Counted from the whole stretch's first letter, positions 24,164 to 38,895 are shown. The stretch is DNA of 51,637 bases, filler included, from Sphacelaria rigidula (GCA_964200075.2; 4 parts of 4 records of this genome joined end to end with filler, not necessarily neighbours in it), one strand, 5' to 3'. Numbers and translations are program-made. The notes: generated from the letters alone by a model not told the origin.

Positions 24164-26055
24164 ATGTCAAATTTTGAGAGCACCTCATCTTCTGATGTCG
24201 TTCTCCCCACCGATACGACAACACCAATAACGGCCACAGCCGTTCAAGAAACTCCGTCAACAACAGAAGCAGAGACAGCAGCAGAAGCCATCATGAACGC
24301 TCAGCCCACCGGAGAGACACCATCGGCCGCCGAGATTGAGGGCAGAACCACGGACGCAAGAGACGCGCAATCGGCCGTGGAAAACCTCCTACCCAGGGAG
24401 AAACTCGAGAACGGGTTTAGAAATGTGAGCTGTCTTTTTCCAACAACAAATCTTGGATGGATGTTCCACAGATATTGCGCAGTTCGCAGTTGTACCGAGG
24501 TTGTACCGTAGACATTAGAGTACGGTCAGCAGAGCAGCTTTCGCCTCCAAGTTCACTGCCCTTGACCCGCTCTATATCCGCCTCATCTTAATCCTCCTCG
24601 CCCCCCAGACCCCCCGGAGTGCGCGATCTCCTAGGCCTATCACACAGTGCGGAAAAAATACGGGGGCTACGTGATGTTGCCCGTGTTTTTTTTCCGAGGG
24701 GCGCTTCAACTTGTGCACATATACGATGTGATGTAGCAGCAACTGTATTGTTGTTTACAGCATACTCAAAATACCTACAGCAGTATACTTCCGACGAATC
24801 ATCTTGTCTGGCACAGACAAACGAGTACCAGTATATACTGTACCCCTCCCAGAAGGCACTGCTGCACCGTCAAGCTCTGTGAATCGTAAGACGGGGGCGC
24901 AATATTGTCACCCCGTAGGATGAGCAAGCGACCACCGATCCATGGAATACGCTCGGTGGGAAAGTTTTTTATGCTCGTGTGTGAGAAGCCAAGCGCTGTC
25001 AGACGCGCTACAAGAGTTGGGCAGATCAAACAAGAGCTTCCTGGCAGCTGTGTGTTGTTTGATATAGTGCTTTTGTCTCGATGTCGAACGCGCTACCGCA
25101 GCTTGTTGAACCTAATTTTTTTGTCGAGTATACAAGATATTCTCGCCCACAACATAACTCTTCTCGCTTTACTCCCCAAATGAGTTTAACGCGCACGCAG
25201 GACCCCGTACCAAGCTCGCAGCTTTGTCACATAGCCAAGGGGGAAAGACGAGCTATACTGCCCTTTTTTTTGCTCATTGAATTACCCCGACCAACCCCCT
25301 CTCGCAAGTCGCGGCCGTACCCCAACCACTTAGATACTCGAATCCGCAGTGAGGTCCGCAGCTCCGAGCACTAGGAAAAAGCTTCACGTACAGTCCACCA
25401 TTGCGGCATCCGTGAAATCAAGAATCGATGCCGTAGCAAAATCAAGTCGTTGCAAAATCAAAACTCGTACAGCTACCTGTGTAAACGTTGCTTTGTTAAC
25501 GGTCTATAGTGGCTATTATCGCGGGTGCGCAGGCGATGTTACCCTCCTTGCGTTGCTAAATATCGCCAGGGAAAATTACAACATCACGAGGCTGCTACCT
25601 ACTGCCTGCTCTTGGTGCTGAAACGATACTTGAAGCAACGTATCGAGTTGCCATCGTTTGTCAGAACAGGTGATGAGTAGCATCCGCTGTGGAAATGGCA
25701 TACCTCTGGAGCCGGTCGCCCCGGTGACTCAGGTGGTAACCTCGAAACCTTCTGACGGTTGGGTCGTGGGTNNNNNNNNNNNNNNNNNNNNNNNNNNNNN
25801 NNNNNNNNNNNNNNNTTAATTAATTAANNNNNNNNNNNNNNNNNNNNNNNNNNNNNNNNNNNNNNNNNNNNGCATAGTTTTTGAGACCGCATATAGCGGC
25901 CACGGGGGAACACAGAGTTTCTCCTCTATGAAAATGCCAGTCTTCCTAAATGCAAACACTTTGGTGCCCGTTGGTTTCTAATAAGAACGTTAAACTGTCG
26001 ATTTGTGATGGTACTGTACTGATTCGCAGATGCCAATGACAGGAAAGATTCATAG
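24164..26055 (+). CDS. Short hypothetical protein, Thr/Ala/Glu-rich (~125 aa)
   Basis: Exon 24164-24424 (ATG, GTGAGC donor); tentative exons 25670-25757 and 26030-26055 join in phase to a TAG. No recognisable domain; the model spans a gap. Confidence 0.5.
25772..25871. other. Assembly gap spacer
   Basis: 44 N, TTAATTAATTAA, 44 N. Confidence 0.97.
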
Positions 26056-29000
26056 TCCTGTTCGACAGTATCTTCGAACGCTTGAACGGACCCAAAGCGG
26101 ACACTTTCTCGGTCTTTGTTTTATTCCCCGGTCTTGCATCCCATGGGGATGATTTTTTTTTGGTTTTGTCAGACCTGATCCCACCCTTTGTTTCATGTAC
26201 CCGGTTCGTTCATCACGTTTCTTCGTCCTCGGAGAACGCCGATCCGATTTTAGGGTGCCCCACCCCTTTCGAGTAGAGCAATTCATATCGTGGAGCAAGC
26301 ATTGTACAAAAAGTGGAGGCATCGAGCACCTGCTTGGACACTGTAACCATAACGGAACTTTTGATCTAAGATATAGGAGTCCCCCGGTGTCCAGTAGGTC
26401 AGTTGCTGCTGGTCGGTGAAGGAAAAGCCTACGCACTCCCATGAACCAGTAAGTGCTTTCTCGGGGGTTTTATAGTGGGTCAGCTTTTTGCGAGTCCCAC
26501 ACTACCCAGGATCGATCGAATCGATCACGGGTGTCTAAGCGTCGTTACCACCTGAGGATAGTTCTTGACTATTCTCAGTGGTTTCTGTTTCCAGTGTAAC
26601 TGGGATCACGGGACGACGTACTATATGCAAAAGCGCTCGCTATGATCCGAAAGAGCGTGAGAGATTTTCCCCCAAACGATGAGACCTTTTCCCTGAATAC
26701 CAGGTTTGGTCCATCTTTTTATTTCACGACGAGTTTTTCCCGTGGTCATCGCTAGCCCTGAAATTCCGCGGCTTTCTCGTCGATTTAAGGCCGATTGCAC
26801 GTATTTGAGAGGATCCTTTTTTGGTATGAAATAAGTCGTGATATTCCCTACTTTGCATTACAGCGTACACAAAGCAAGAGAGGGGGATGTGACGGCGGAT
26901 ATCAGTCGCTTATGCGGAAGGCGTTTTCGATGTGCATGATATGGGCTATAGGTCGTATTCCAGCCGTACGCTAGTCAGGTTATATTATAGTCTGGTTATG
27001 CAGTATCACCCCACGCGGGTCACTCGTTTAGCTATCTAGCTAAGACTAATTAATAACAGAGCTATCAGCCACCACTTGGAGACATCTCGCTTGCAAGCAC
27101 GTCAGGGGCACCTCTTCTGCACGTGAAAGTGACTCCCTTCTTGGCCTTGCGATGCAGTACATATCGGACTCGATGGTCTGTTACTCACGAGCTCAAGGGT
27201 CATTCCTCTCGACTGCGATTGTTCAATGTGGCCAGCCGCTGACCTCGTGTCACCCCTGGTCGGGCGTGTTCTTTGAGAGTGACGCCAGTATCACCTCGTG
27301 ATCAGACCACGACAGAGCTGTTCACGTGACCAGCGTGCGCTGCACATGTCCTATGCGCCACGCTAGCAACAGTTAGGTGACCACCATAGATAGGTATCGT
27401 TTTTCACTCCGCATGTCAAAAAGGTCTCTACGAGTGTTTGATCTCTCATACACCCCCCTCAACTGGCGTGTGGCACGCCCTTCTGCTCGGCCACCCCATT
27501 GGGAGAGGTCGGCGAAAATCAACGATGAATAACACCCCCTAAGTTCAAATTGGATCTATCTGTTATTGCCGTAGCACCGCCCTTCCTGACATGTGTGGGA
27601 CAGAGTACAGTAGTAGCGGTGACGGGATTATGCCCTATTTTTTCAACGACATGTTTTTCAGCGCACAGAGGCGCGTCCTGTACAAAAGGAGAGGCAGAGA
27701 GAAATCGATCTTTGCATTCGTGAGCTCGACAGGCAATTGTAAGAGGAGAGAAAATCTCTCTGCAGCTCGGTGTTTCGGGACATGGAAAATTGAGCACATG
27801 CTGGTAAGATCGATGATGCCAGTCTTTCGAGAGTTTGGTAATCCCCGAGCGAGGACACACCAAGGACACGGACGAGGAGATTCCTCTCTGTCGTTGCTTC
27901 TCTCTCTGGTGATATCGTCATCGACACGCGTGTACACCGCATTCGTTATGTGCACCTAGCCACAGCTGCTCAACTGCTGCGGACATGTGGGGGTAAGATG
28001 GCTTCGCTCTGTATTACTTTGTTTCGCGTCTTCCCTGCCAAAAACAAATGCCACTTCGACCTCATTTTGAGATGGACCCCATTTTCCAGGATCTGCTGTT
28101 AAAGGGAACTGCGAAGGACGTGGCGTGGTCAAAAGGAATGTCCAACACAGAGATAGTTGCAATTTCCAAAGAAAATCTACGTGAACTCGTACTTTTTTAG
28201 TTGCATTCAACATACAGGCAGTATAAACAGTACAGACAGTACGGTGCTGGCCTGTTCTGTCTGCGCAGCATGTGTGTTGAGCCGGTTCACTGCCAACAAA
28301 TGCAAAGCCATATCCGCCAGTAATGGTGTTGTACGGGGAAGGTCACCCGATTCACCACCTCGTTTGTTCGCCTCTTCTTGCCTCTACGGATATGTTCCTC
28401 TCTACTTGCTTCGACGTACCCTGCGCAGCCTAACGCTGCCGACATGCACGTGCTGTGCAGTACAGCAACTACTTCACAAACACCGAAATAAATTGAAAGT
28501 GGAAGCGCCCTGGGCACGGCAATCTGTTGCAAATTGTCTCGAAACCTTTTGTCTCGGTGTCTCCGTTCACGATGGCGTCAAAAAGACGGAGCTGAAGATG
28601 CGTACAACGGAGCCTTCATTATTGGTATATAGAAACCCGTACTTTCATGTCATGACTGGGGGTACGTGGCGAAGAGGTACTGAACCTCGAGCTTTTTCTC
28701 GACTTGCGAAAAGAAACCATGCAATGCGAAAGTTGTATTTCGTCGGAAATAATTAGGAAAGAAGTTGCCCACGACCGATGACATTGCTTGTGAAGGCGCG
28801 ATCGTTGAGGATCTTGGGGAAGTCGACTACAGAAGACCTCTCAAGCGGGGGCGTTGCTCTCTGTCACCTCGTTGCAAAGGGTGATACCTCACCCACCTTA
28901 TACTGTAATGTGGCTTAGATATACCTACACTTACTGCACTCTGCACGAAAATGTAACAAGCTGCAATTACGACATCCTATTATAATAGGGTGCAAGGACA

Positions 29001-31400
29001 AGGACTCGAGTAATCACTAAAAAACCACAGTCATCTGAAGAAGCTCTCCAATGGTCAATCATGTGTCAGGTCACCCGACGATAAAGGAGACCCTCTACAT
29101 GAGCAAGGGATCCCAGGGATATCGCACGTTGTCACGGCACCATGAATCGGCATACCAAATTAAAATCAAACATAAGACAGACACCGTGACATTGTTCTTG
29201 TGTTTCTGCTCGCTTCACATACAAGCCGTTCCGATATGTGCGCGGCACATTCGTACTGGGCATCCGATGCGGACGCTCTCCGTGGTCGCAGTCTAACTAC
29301 CTATAATAAGGTATGAGGGAATCAAACAAAACAAAACAAAACAAAAACAAAAATAGATCCAGAAAAAAAACTCCCGAACGCGATACAAGGAAAACAGGAA
29401 TAAATAGTAAAGAATAAAGATAGTGAATATGGCTAACCTCAAAAGATCCGGTGCCGCAGGTGGCCATTTGGATTTCAGGGGTGGCGCCCTGTACATGAAC
29501 AACATGAATATTTTTCTCCACCTTTCATCGGCGTTCAACCAACGCACAGCAACTGCACTCGTACTTCAAACCTCGGTGCCTACGGGGTCTACCACCTTTC
29601 AAACATAGATAGTGGCCGATTGCAATCCGAACGCGACAGCAGAAAGTTTCCGCGGTTCATCGCGGGAAACATCAACTTTTTTGCAGTTGGATCAGCAGAC
29701 CTTTACTCTCGTGCAATCCCTTCCATGAAAAGTGTAAATTAAATAATGCCAAGGCGTAATGCGATGCATCAAGATACAGAAGACAAGAGGAATGTGGAAA
29801 ACTGTACTCGCACGTAGAAGCCCAGCGCCTCCTTACCGAGATACACCGGAAATTCCAGAAACAACGAAATGGAGCACGACATAACCCACGAAAATATCAC
29901 GCAAAACGGCTGTTTTTCAAGTGAGGTGGCTACCAACGTGTTTCAATTGACACTTATTTAGCCAACGTTTCACATCGACCGAAACGCCAGTGCACATATC
30001 CCCACATTCCCTTTTCAGGACCGTAGATCGGTAGGTGTCCCGAGACAATTCCATGATGAGTCTTTACGTACCACACTGTAAGTCGATAGCACAGCGGAAC
30101 TTGTCCCTCCACAACCAGTTGACGACATTCGAAATCATGAGTCAATCTTGAGGCGCACATCGAGGACTTCACTCGACAAACTGATCGCTGTTGATCAACA
30201 ACAAAGAAACACGGAAGCATAAATACGCCGAAAGCTTTCTAGCATTGGCGTGACAGTTGTGCTGTACACGTCGCGTTCTACCCGCACATCATACGCTCTA
30301 TGTACATCACGTAGGGTACACCTGGTGGGCAGGCCATGCATGGCCTCCATGCCCCCCACGGCAAAATTGCAAAACAGAGCGGCAAAACTGTTCTGACACC
30401 GTTTGACAAAATTTCATGTACAACCCTCTCAAAAGCGGCCGTCTGTCACGAGACACAACCTCTCGAAGCATTTGGACAATCCCAAGACCATGCAGTATTT
30501 ATGATCCGCCAGGGCACAGTATTCTGCGTACAGTAAATAATACAAGTCTGCGCGCGGACACACACACACACACCCACACGGAACGCTGATGCTGAAGGCT
30601 TGGCTCGTGTGAGATTCACGTATACTGAACAAGATCTACGCTTACGAAGCAACAAAATGACTCGGCAGCAAATACTAACCGTATCCAAAAACATTGTAGA
30701 TGGTCGGATGCTACGTGCAGCTAAAACCACCGATATTGAACTGTACTTCTCAACACAGGCTACGAAATTTCACACGTTTCCATTTTGCTCTAGGCCCGGG
30801 CACACCATAACGCACGATACATAACGAACAGGTCAGCAAATTACCAAGTATCTTCCCCATCTTCTCGCACAACTTCATCCTTGGTTCGCGCTGAATTGGC
30901 ATGGTGAAAGGTTCACGCATACCGTTCAACTCGATCCACTTTCCAGCGCTGCAATGCATAAAATATCCTAGGAAGCATCACGGAAAATCGGAGGCTCGAG
31001 CCGAGCCAATCCTAAAGGTTGAAGTCTATAGGCAAACCGAGCCGATTCTTGAATCCCTCAGAAGTCATCGGGGCCAAACGCACAGCTGATATATGCTTTC
31101 TCACCCATCTGTGTGGACGAATTCATATACTTGCATACTAGTTTGCATGTATGAAAGCATCACATCGCGCTCACACGGAGGGAGTCAGCTGACCACCACA
31201 CCACACTAAACACTTTACGCTCGGAAAAACTTGACTACGCAAGCGCATGATATTTATCGCGCACCCGGCTCGTGCATGAGAATAGATCGCCGAACCATAG
31301 GTGAACACCATCTTGGCGCCACAGGGTGAAAGTTTACACGCAATGCACACGAGAAAAGGCACAGGCGGTGGGGGAATGGAGAATCATCCAGTGCTGCAGC

Positions 31401-34400
31401 TTAGCCTACGAGCAACTTCCCCACTCTGCCTGGTAAAAGTATAGTTCGACTTTCCACCGAACCGTGCCCTCTGACCTCCAGCTTATCCACGTACACGTCA
31501 ACGCTCGCAAAGGCCTCCTGCACGAACCACATCAAGAGCGGAACATGACACTAAGAGCCAAGACAAGGGCAACAAAGGTGTGTCATAAAACGGTGAAATC
31601 AAATGACGATCTGGGAAGGTCGACGGAAAACCGAGAGGAACAAAATGGGGGGAGATATTCAACAGCAAATATTTCATACCTTGAACAATATATGGCCAAT
31701 AGTTGCGATAGACAAGAAACGTACTGCATAAAGTATAGGTCTATTGCGACTTTTGTCGGCCGGCAATGGTCGCAATCAGCCCAAACTTTTGCAGTACACT
31801 TCTCGTCTATTGCATCTATTGACCATATATTGTCCAGGGTGTGAAATATTTTCATGACCGAAAGAGCCTGCAATATGAACGCCCCACCGTCGTGATACCC
31901 GCACTCGCGAGACTTGCGAAGGCCCGCGTCCTTCGGTGGTTCGTACCCGACGCGGTATTAAGAGAGAATTGCAGTAACCCCTTCATTGTTATGCTGCAGC
32001 TCTGTCTGGCATGGTTATAACGGAACAAAATATACACAAGAAAGGAGGAGCTACAGCGGACCCTACAAGGCATGAGGAGAACAAATCACGTTGGATCCAC
32101 CTGTTTACCGTGATTTGTCATTAAACAAACCGTGAATTCACGGCTTTACCTAGACGTGGCAATCATGCCGACCATGAGAATTGCCTTTATAAGAGTAACA
32201 GCGCGTGACCAAACCTGGAGTAGAAGCATGTAAGCCAAAACAATACGCAGTGATTGTCATCATTCACATGAGGGATTAAACAACGCAACACAGAACAATA
32301 CACACGAAATGCGAAAAAACTCTCCTCGCCACACCAACAATCCCACAGAACTGCACAAAAAAAAGCGAAATCAACCCACGAGCATACCTGTTCTAACGGT
32401 GTTTCCAGCGCAGCAGCGAGGGAAACATGATGAATGCCCTTGCAATCTCGATGGTAGGCATTCTTGTGCGTGTGGCCGGACACGCACAACGCCACGCAGT
32501 CAAATTTATGCAATACCGCCAACACCTTCCAAACATAACAAAATTAGCAATGGGTAAGCATTGAGATTGCGGTTAGGAAGCGGGAGCCAAGAGATGGGGC
32601 CAGTGCTGCGGATACCGATGGGTTAGGGTGTGAGACTAAGCCCTCAGGGGTGAGATGCTTCGTCTCGAAAGGGATGCGTGGTCAATGGTCACACGGATAA
32701 GGCAAGCAACAAATCAGTACGCCTCAGGGGTGAGACGCATGGCAGAATAGTACCACCGGTTGGCAGTTCTACATGTGAGGGGGGGGTGAGAGATATGCGT
32801 TGGTCATACTCTTTTGCGGGGGTGGGGGGAAAAGGTGTGTTTGGCTGGTGTGTCAGGACATTTTAAATCAGTCAACGGCTGCCCGATACTGCACGATATA
32901 TTTCAGCCGCATAGAATTCGACTCTTGAAACACCCCCGCGTTGTGGCTTAGAACGTTCTACACAAGTTTGAAGAGCACGCTAGTGTATATGCACCTCTTG
33001 GTCAGTCCGCTGATGGTCGAACATTGACGGATCCCGGAGAGATCAAGGCGTGGCCATCATCTACAAGACATAGGCGTACCCAAGATGAACAAAACGGGAA
33101 CCACCCGCTACGAGTAGGGGGAACTCGAGAGAGAGAGGCGGAGAAAAAAAAGTACGACAAACAAATGGGGGTGAACCTGAACAGAACCGAGAGATGTAAA
33201 AGTTACAACACCAAAATAAGGAGAATAAGAACTCAAGTAACCCATCTGGTAACGAACATAATTCAAGAAAAGGAGAGAGGGGACAAGAGACATGAAGAAG
33301 GAATAAGGAATAGCCAGCCCCTGCAGCATGGCTCCAGGTACAAAAAAAAAGAATGCCGAGGAAGCTATTTGGGAGCCATACTGACAGTTAGGCGCGGGAT
33401 CTTCTATGCAGATCGCCGAGCAACGTGAGCGTCCCGCCGATCGCCGGTGTAGTGGCCCCGACGTCGAGAGTACTCCAGACGTGGCTTGCATCATACGCCA
33501 ACGTTATCCAAACAAAAAAGGGGTCAGACAACTTGTGGCCGGTGTGCGCCCGCTCTCATACATCGGGCGCTTTATGGACGACGCACGGAGCCATCCAGGT
33601 CCACAAGATCCGACACGCATATACTGGGAGGTCGGGCTCTTGAGGCTTCGACCGACTCAAACCACCACAGGAACAGCTTGTTACCGCGAAAACACGTGTC
33701 TCCTGACCTCAATGGGCATGTTGTGTGGCATCAATTAATGACACGCACGCGCACACACACAGGTTACCACATGGGAAAAAATTAAGAAAAACCCGACCAA
33801 AAAATACGGAACCCCCCACGTCTGACACGCCAAGGTGTTACGAAGGGGAGCATACGGCGGAAGTCAAACATTCGTGACCGGGCGGAAACAACTGTCGCAA
33901 CATCAGCACTTGTCGCATTCTCCGTACTCACTTCGTCAAAATTCCAAATCAGACACTTGGTCTGGCCCGTCCCAGGGTGAATCGGGAGGTGCGAAAAAAT
34001 GACCACTCTCTGTCCAGCCCGACTTGCGTCCGCCAATTGGTGTTCTATCCACAGCAACTGCTGCGGGCCAACGCCACCATTGTACTCCACAAATCTGAAG
34101 AGAAGACATGTGGAGTCCGGGTGGCGTGGGGTAGGGTTGGGGATACGGAAGCGCAACGATACGCTGCGTATGGGTTCAATCAGGCGTTATGACCTCAATA
34201 ATGTGTGCAACATAGGGATCTTGATCACATATGAACTACAGCAGCGGCTGCAGGCAGACAAGTGGACAGAGAGACCTCACACGTAAGCTACGGCTGTAGA
34301 AGGTCAGCAGAACGTACGGACGAAGGACACGCGAGAAGACACCGCAGTTACCCAGCACCGACTGAAGGGGCTCCGGCGATGTATCTACGCGAGGATCCCA

Positions 34401-36948
34401 TATGTTGTGCCGCGTGTCAAGACAATCGCCTGGGACAGCGCACAACCCATGTCCACACTACTAGAAGTAGAACCTGGAGGAGTGCTTCGGTGATTAACAT
34501 CCACGTGTTCTCTCTTTCTAACTTTCCCTCTTCTATCCAGCGGTGCATGCACCTCTGGCGAAAAAAAAGCCACAACATTACACGAAGCTCACCGTCTCCC
34601 CGGGGTTGCGGCGCAACACACTCAACACGCACGCACCTCTGTGCTACTCCATCGAGCCCGCTCGAATTATTCTTGTCTGCATTCGGATTCCTTTTCGACA
34701 GATAATCCGTCGAAGATCCAGTGCCATCCACCCCCGTCTCCTCGCCGTCCCAAAGGACATTCAAATCGTAAGGGTCCAGCCCGACAAATCGGTAGGTCGC
34801 ATGTGGACAAAAGCTGAAATAAAACCGCTCTTCCTCTTTCTTGTCCTCTGGTTTCCCTCCTCCGTTTCGACCTCTGCCGTCTGGGGGCTCAACGGCTGTT
34901 TCCGCGCACCCTGCAAACACGTTCCGTGGGTGAAGTGCGTGCGTCGACACTGACATGGTGTCCAATGCCCCTCCCCCCCAAAACATTAAAACAGACACCC
35001 TGCTATGTCCGAAGCTAGATGGGCAGTGTATGATCTTGAGTACGGGTAAGTTCCAGGCTGGGTAGTCATCTCGCTCACACATCCATGTTCTCTGAATTGG
35101 ACAACTCGCGACTCGTGGCGCCAAGATACAATCGTGGACGTCTGTTGGCCTTGAAAGTGGAAACCCATAATACTTGCGGCTGCTCCTATGTGAGAGTCGG
35201 GCCGTCTATCGATGCCCACAGTACCTGCCAGAGCTGGTGGCGGCTTGGATGAAACGGAGGGCTGGTCGGCCGCACCCGAAGGAGGGAAGGCCCCTGGCGG
35301 CCGGAGCTTAGCTGCCAGGGACAGGTTTGAGCAGTTCAGCTGACGCGTCACATTTTGGGGCGAGCGCAAGGAAACGATGAACACGGCATGCAACGTCAAC
35401 GGAGCAAAACACGAAACGCATGGGGGGAACTAGAGCATGAAAGAACGAGAAAATGTGGGTCTTTGTGTTGACACAACTCAGGTTATTTACTCATCACGTT
35501 TTTCCCCGTTGCATCGGCAAGGTTCTTTACTGCCGAAGTGCGTCCATCGCCGCGGCAGGATGCTTGATACGCATCATCTGCTACCATCTACAGGAACACA
35601 CCGCTAACAAGCGTGGATTGAGCGCGATGGAGACGCTATTGAACGAACATATTCAACAACGCCTCTCTACAAGTCACGTTCATTCAGAAACCAGCATCCC
35701 CCAGGCACCATCATACAATGGGAACAACGGACACTCGTGCCGTATCGACAGAACACCCCAGGCTGATAAACACAAAAATGACGCAAACCGAGAAGAGCCA
35801 CACGCACCTCTCGCGCCCATCGCTCCTTGGGAAAGTTGTATAGCTCGTGGTTCCCCAACGTGCTCACCACGCCCAGCGGCAGGGTTGCGCCCAGCCTGTC
35901 GAGCTCCAGTCTGACGTCTCTAAGGGCCGCATCCGAACTATCAGGTCGGTTCTTCCCGTCAATGCAGTCACCAAGCTGCAGAACGAAACTGCGTGAGCAG
36001 TACAACATGCAATATGAACGGAAGCACTGAAAAAGAACACCACGCTCCCATGAACGACTATAGCACCCCGACGGGCTGTGTTCGAGCCCCACAAACCCAC
36101 GTTTACGTGCTCGGGAGTGTTTTTCATCTTGTCGCACTTCAAACCCCTCCCCTTCGTCGGGACGACTCTGCGGTCTACTGGTTCAATAATCTCAAGGGGT
36201 CAAGCCATTTATTTTCTCTCTCCACGGTGCACACCTTGCATTTCGGTCGCGCAGATTGGGTCGGCACTTTCGCACTGCGTCAACTATAGTCGAATAAACT
36301 CCGCCAACTACTTTTGGTTCACTCACCTACTCACTCTTCCGGAGGTGAAAATTACATACCTCGAAAAAACAAAAACAACGCATCGAGAATGGGATCCACA
36401 TCCCCTCTACCCTAACGGTGACAGTCGGACCATTACACCACTGGGAGAAGGGGGGGGGGGGGCGTACTCATTTGTTGCTTGCCTTAGTCGTTTGACCATT
36501 GACCACGCATCCCTTTCGAGACGGAGCATGGGAGAAGGGGGGGTGGGTATTTGGAGGTAAACGTGGTTTCTCGTCGAGTGATTATTCAGGTAACAAGGGG
36601 CAGCCAGCACGTTGCCTTCATGAAGATTGTTTCGGCCATACTTCAACCTCTCCACTCTCTCGGGGAGAGTCCGTAATCTCAAATAATCAACGCGTCCCTT
36701 CCCCCCCCCCGACCACCACACATTCCAAGGGCGTCTCCTTCACCTCACCTGTGGCGTTCGTCCTGGAGCCAGGTATCGACAGCCCGCCGAAGCTGCACTA
36801 AACCGCCTCGGAAGTACCGACGTGCAGTTTTGTCCCAGTTCCAACCATCTTCGGTATTCGCGTACTGAACGTCTGCGATCGCCCCGAAAGAGAAGAGTTT
36901 TCTGGCAGTTGCATGCGGCCCTGCCGGATGAGGTGGCACCCCCGCCAG
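31401..36948 (-). CDS. ADPRM: Manganese-dependent ADP-ribose/CDP-alcohol diphosphatase (metallophosphoesterase); start exon not located
   Basis: Exons 36948-36749, 35988-35808, 35339-35225, 34910-34637, 34094-33932, 32525-32388, 31517-31401 join in phase with GT-AG sites. Motifs LFSFGAIADVQYA, QLGDCIDG, GNHELYNF, YNGGVGPQQLLW, FSHLPIHP, SGHTH, AALETP. Confidence 0.92.
36450..36527 (+). repeat. G-tract interspersed repeat, subfamily B, copy 1 (ADPRM intron)
   Basis: G13-CGTACTCATTTGTTGCTTGCCTTAGTCGTTTGACCATTGACCACGCATCCCTTTCGAG, matching 38831-38895 (-) and 47539-47616 (+). Confidence 0.85.
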
Positions 36949-38705
36949 CTGTACAAGCACATGTGGGCATCGAACAGTACAACAACAGCGAGGTAGTGCT
37001 TTGCAAGACGGTACAGGCCGATTGATCCCACTGCTCGAGTCGCGAAAAAAATGTCGACGGAGCGAACGGCATGTACAGCAGCGAAAATCAACACGGTGAA
37101 ATATTCACGGTTCGGACGAATCATCGCCGGTTCAAATGACCAAATCCACGATTTCTCAGGCCTGATTGATCAAAAGAGGCGGGGAAAGTGGACCGGTGGT
37201 CAAGCAGGTCTCCACGCAACGTTTGCGTCATTCCACGTGCCTGGGCTGGGCGTACTTGGGTTGCAACGCTGAAAATAAGGCCTAAGGATTGATTCATACG
37301 GTACGAATCAACTACACTAAAATCAAGTAATTTCCACACGAATCATCCATTCGTCCGACCCGTCAAGACCTTGCCTGCAACCGTGTAGTGATCCCTGAGT
37401 ATGCCGCGTGCTCTGATCGTCTATCTAGGCATTTTTATCGCTTAACGCTATCCTGGGACACCAAGCACGGCCTGGTGACCGTAACCATTGCAGACGATTT
37501 GGTACCAAAAACTCACAAAATGCAGGAATTTCACTCGATTTGCGCTGAAACATTGGCGGGCGTGTAGATGACACCAAAGCAAAAGCACCTACATATGTTT
37601 GGGCATCCAACGCATCGTCGTTCGAAAGTTACGGCCAAAACAAATATTGAGGAGAAACAAAAAAGAAAATGATTGCATGGGATTTGCACAAACGTTCACC
37701 TACATATCTTGGAGTTTTTGCTCGATGTTTGGGAGTCAGTATCTGAAACTTTGAGAAGAGATGCAAACCGATTAATTCAAGATCGTTGGAATAGCTTCCC
37801 CTTTCTTTCTCTCTGCAAACAAGGAGGGTCTGGTTTTTAGAATTTCAGTCCGATGGACCTGATTGAAAAAAATGAATGAAAGCTATTCGCATATATGGCC
37901 ATCGCATGTTTGATGTCAAACTATCCTCAAAACTTGAGGTCCTGGCTCTCAAACCTCGAGCGTAAAAACCGGAGTCGTACTTCCCTCCCTTGAGTAGTAG
38001 GACCAACCTGCCCGCCAGGGTTTATGCACTCGAGCCATTGTACTTCTGTCATTATTCATGATATATGTGCTGTGGGCAAGCGCGTCTCACCCTATTGCTC
38101 ATGAATCGTGTCCGTACCACAGATGTGGCACAGGACGAGCCACGGAGTTGGGAGGCTCCGGCAACGTGAGATCGAATTTAATACGAAATATCTCCATCAA
38201 AATCAATAAAATACCACTTTTTTCTTTCATCAAAGAAGAGAAAGGGGGGAGGGGGGAAGCAGTCCAACACCACTTTATCCGTGATAAGTTGACAAATGCG
38301 TGGCAGCGATGACACGCACAATATCTATCTCTAACATCCGCTTCTCGATAATGGAGGGGGGGACTAGGGGTCTCACTAATGGGGCAACTCTTACTTCTTC
38401 CAATAAATTGGAATTATTCCCGAATTCTTCCAGAAGAAAATGCTGAAAAAATTCAGTCGCTAGATTTTCGGAGAAATCTGTAGTCAGTCTTAAAGTCTTA
38501 AATTTACCTCCTGCCTGACTCGGGAAATCTGCCGTCATATTTTTTGGAGATCGCCCCCCCAACCCGCCCCCGAAATCTCCGAATTATCTGGGAAAAAATA
38601 AACCGCTTGACAAGACCCGACACTGGGCTTCGAGTGGTTCTTGCGTGCTACGAGCTGGTCCAGCTGTAAAGAGAACATTTGCCGAGAACACCACAACTTC
38701 TCAGG

Positions 38706-38805
38706 NNNNNNNNNNNNNNNNNNNNNNNNNNNNNNNNNNNNNNNNNNNNTTAATTAATTAANNNNNNNNNNNNNNNNNNNNNNNNNNNNNNNNNNNNNNN
38801 NNNNN
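38706..38805. other. Assembly gap spacer
   Basis: 44 N, TTAATTAATTAA, 44 N. Confidence 0.97.
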
Positions 38806-38830
38806 CTCCCCCCCCCCATCCCCCAAAATA

Positions 38831-38895
38831 GATGCGGGGTCAATGGTCAAACGACTAAGACAAGCAACAAATGAGTACGCCCCCCCCCCCCCCCC
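38831..38895 (-). repeat. G-tract interspersed repeat, subfamily B, copy 2
   Basis: Reverse complement matches 36450-36510. Confidence 0.85.

Noticed and set aside
29300..30260. Possible decayed transposase region
   Set aside because: No catalytic motif or terminal repeats identified.
36450..38895. TIR transposon capturing the first ADPRM exon
   Set aside because: The pair spans an assembly gap that probably hides or misjoins sequence, and ADPRM splices normally around the left copy.
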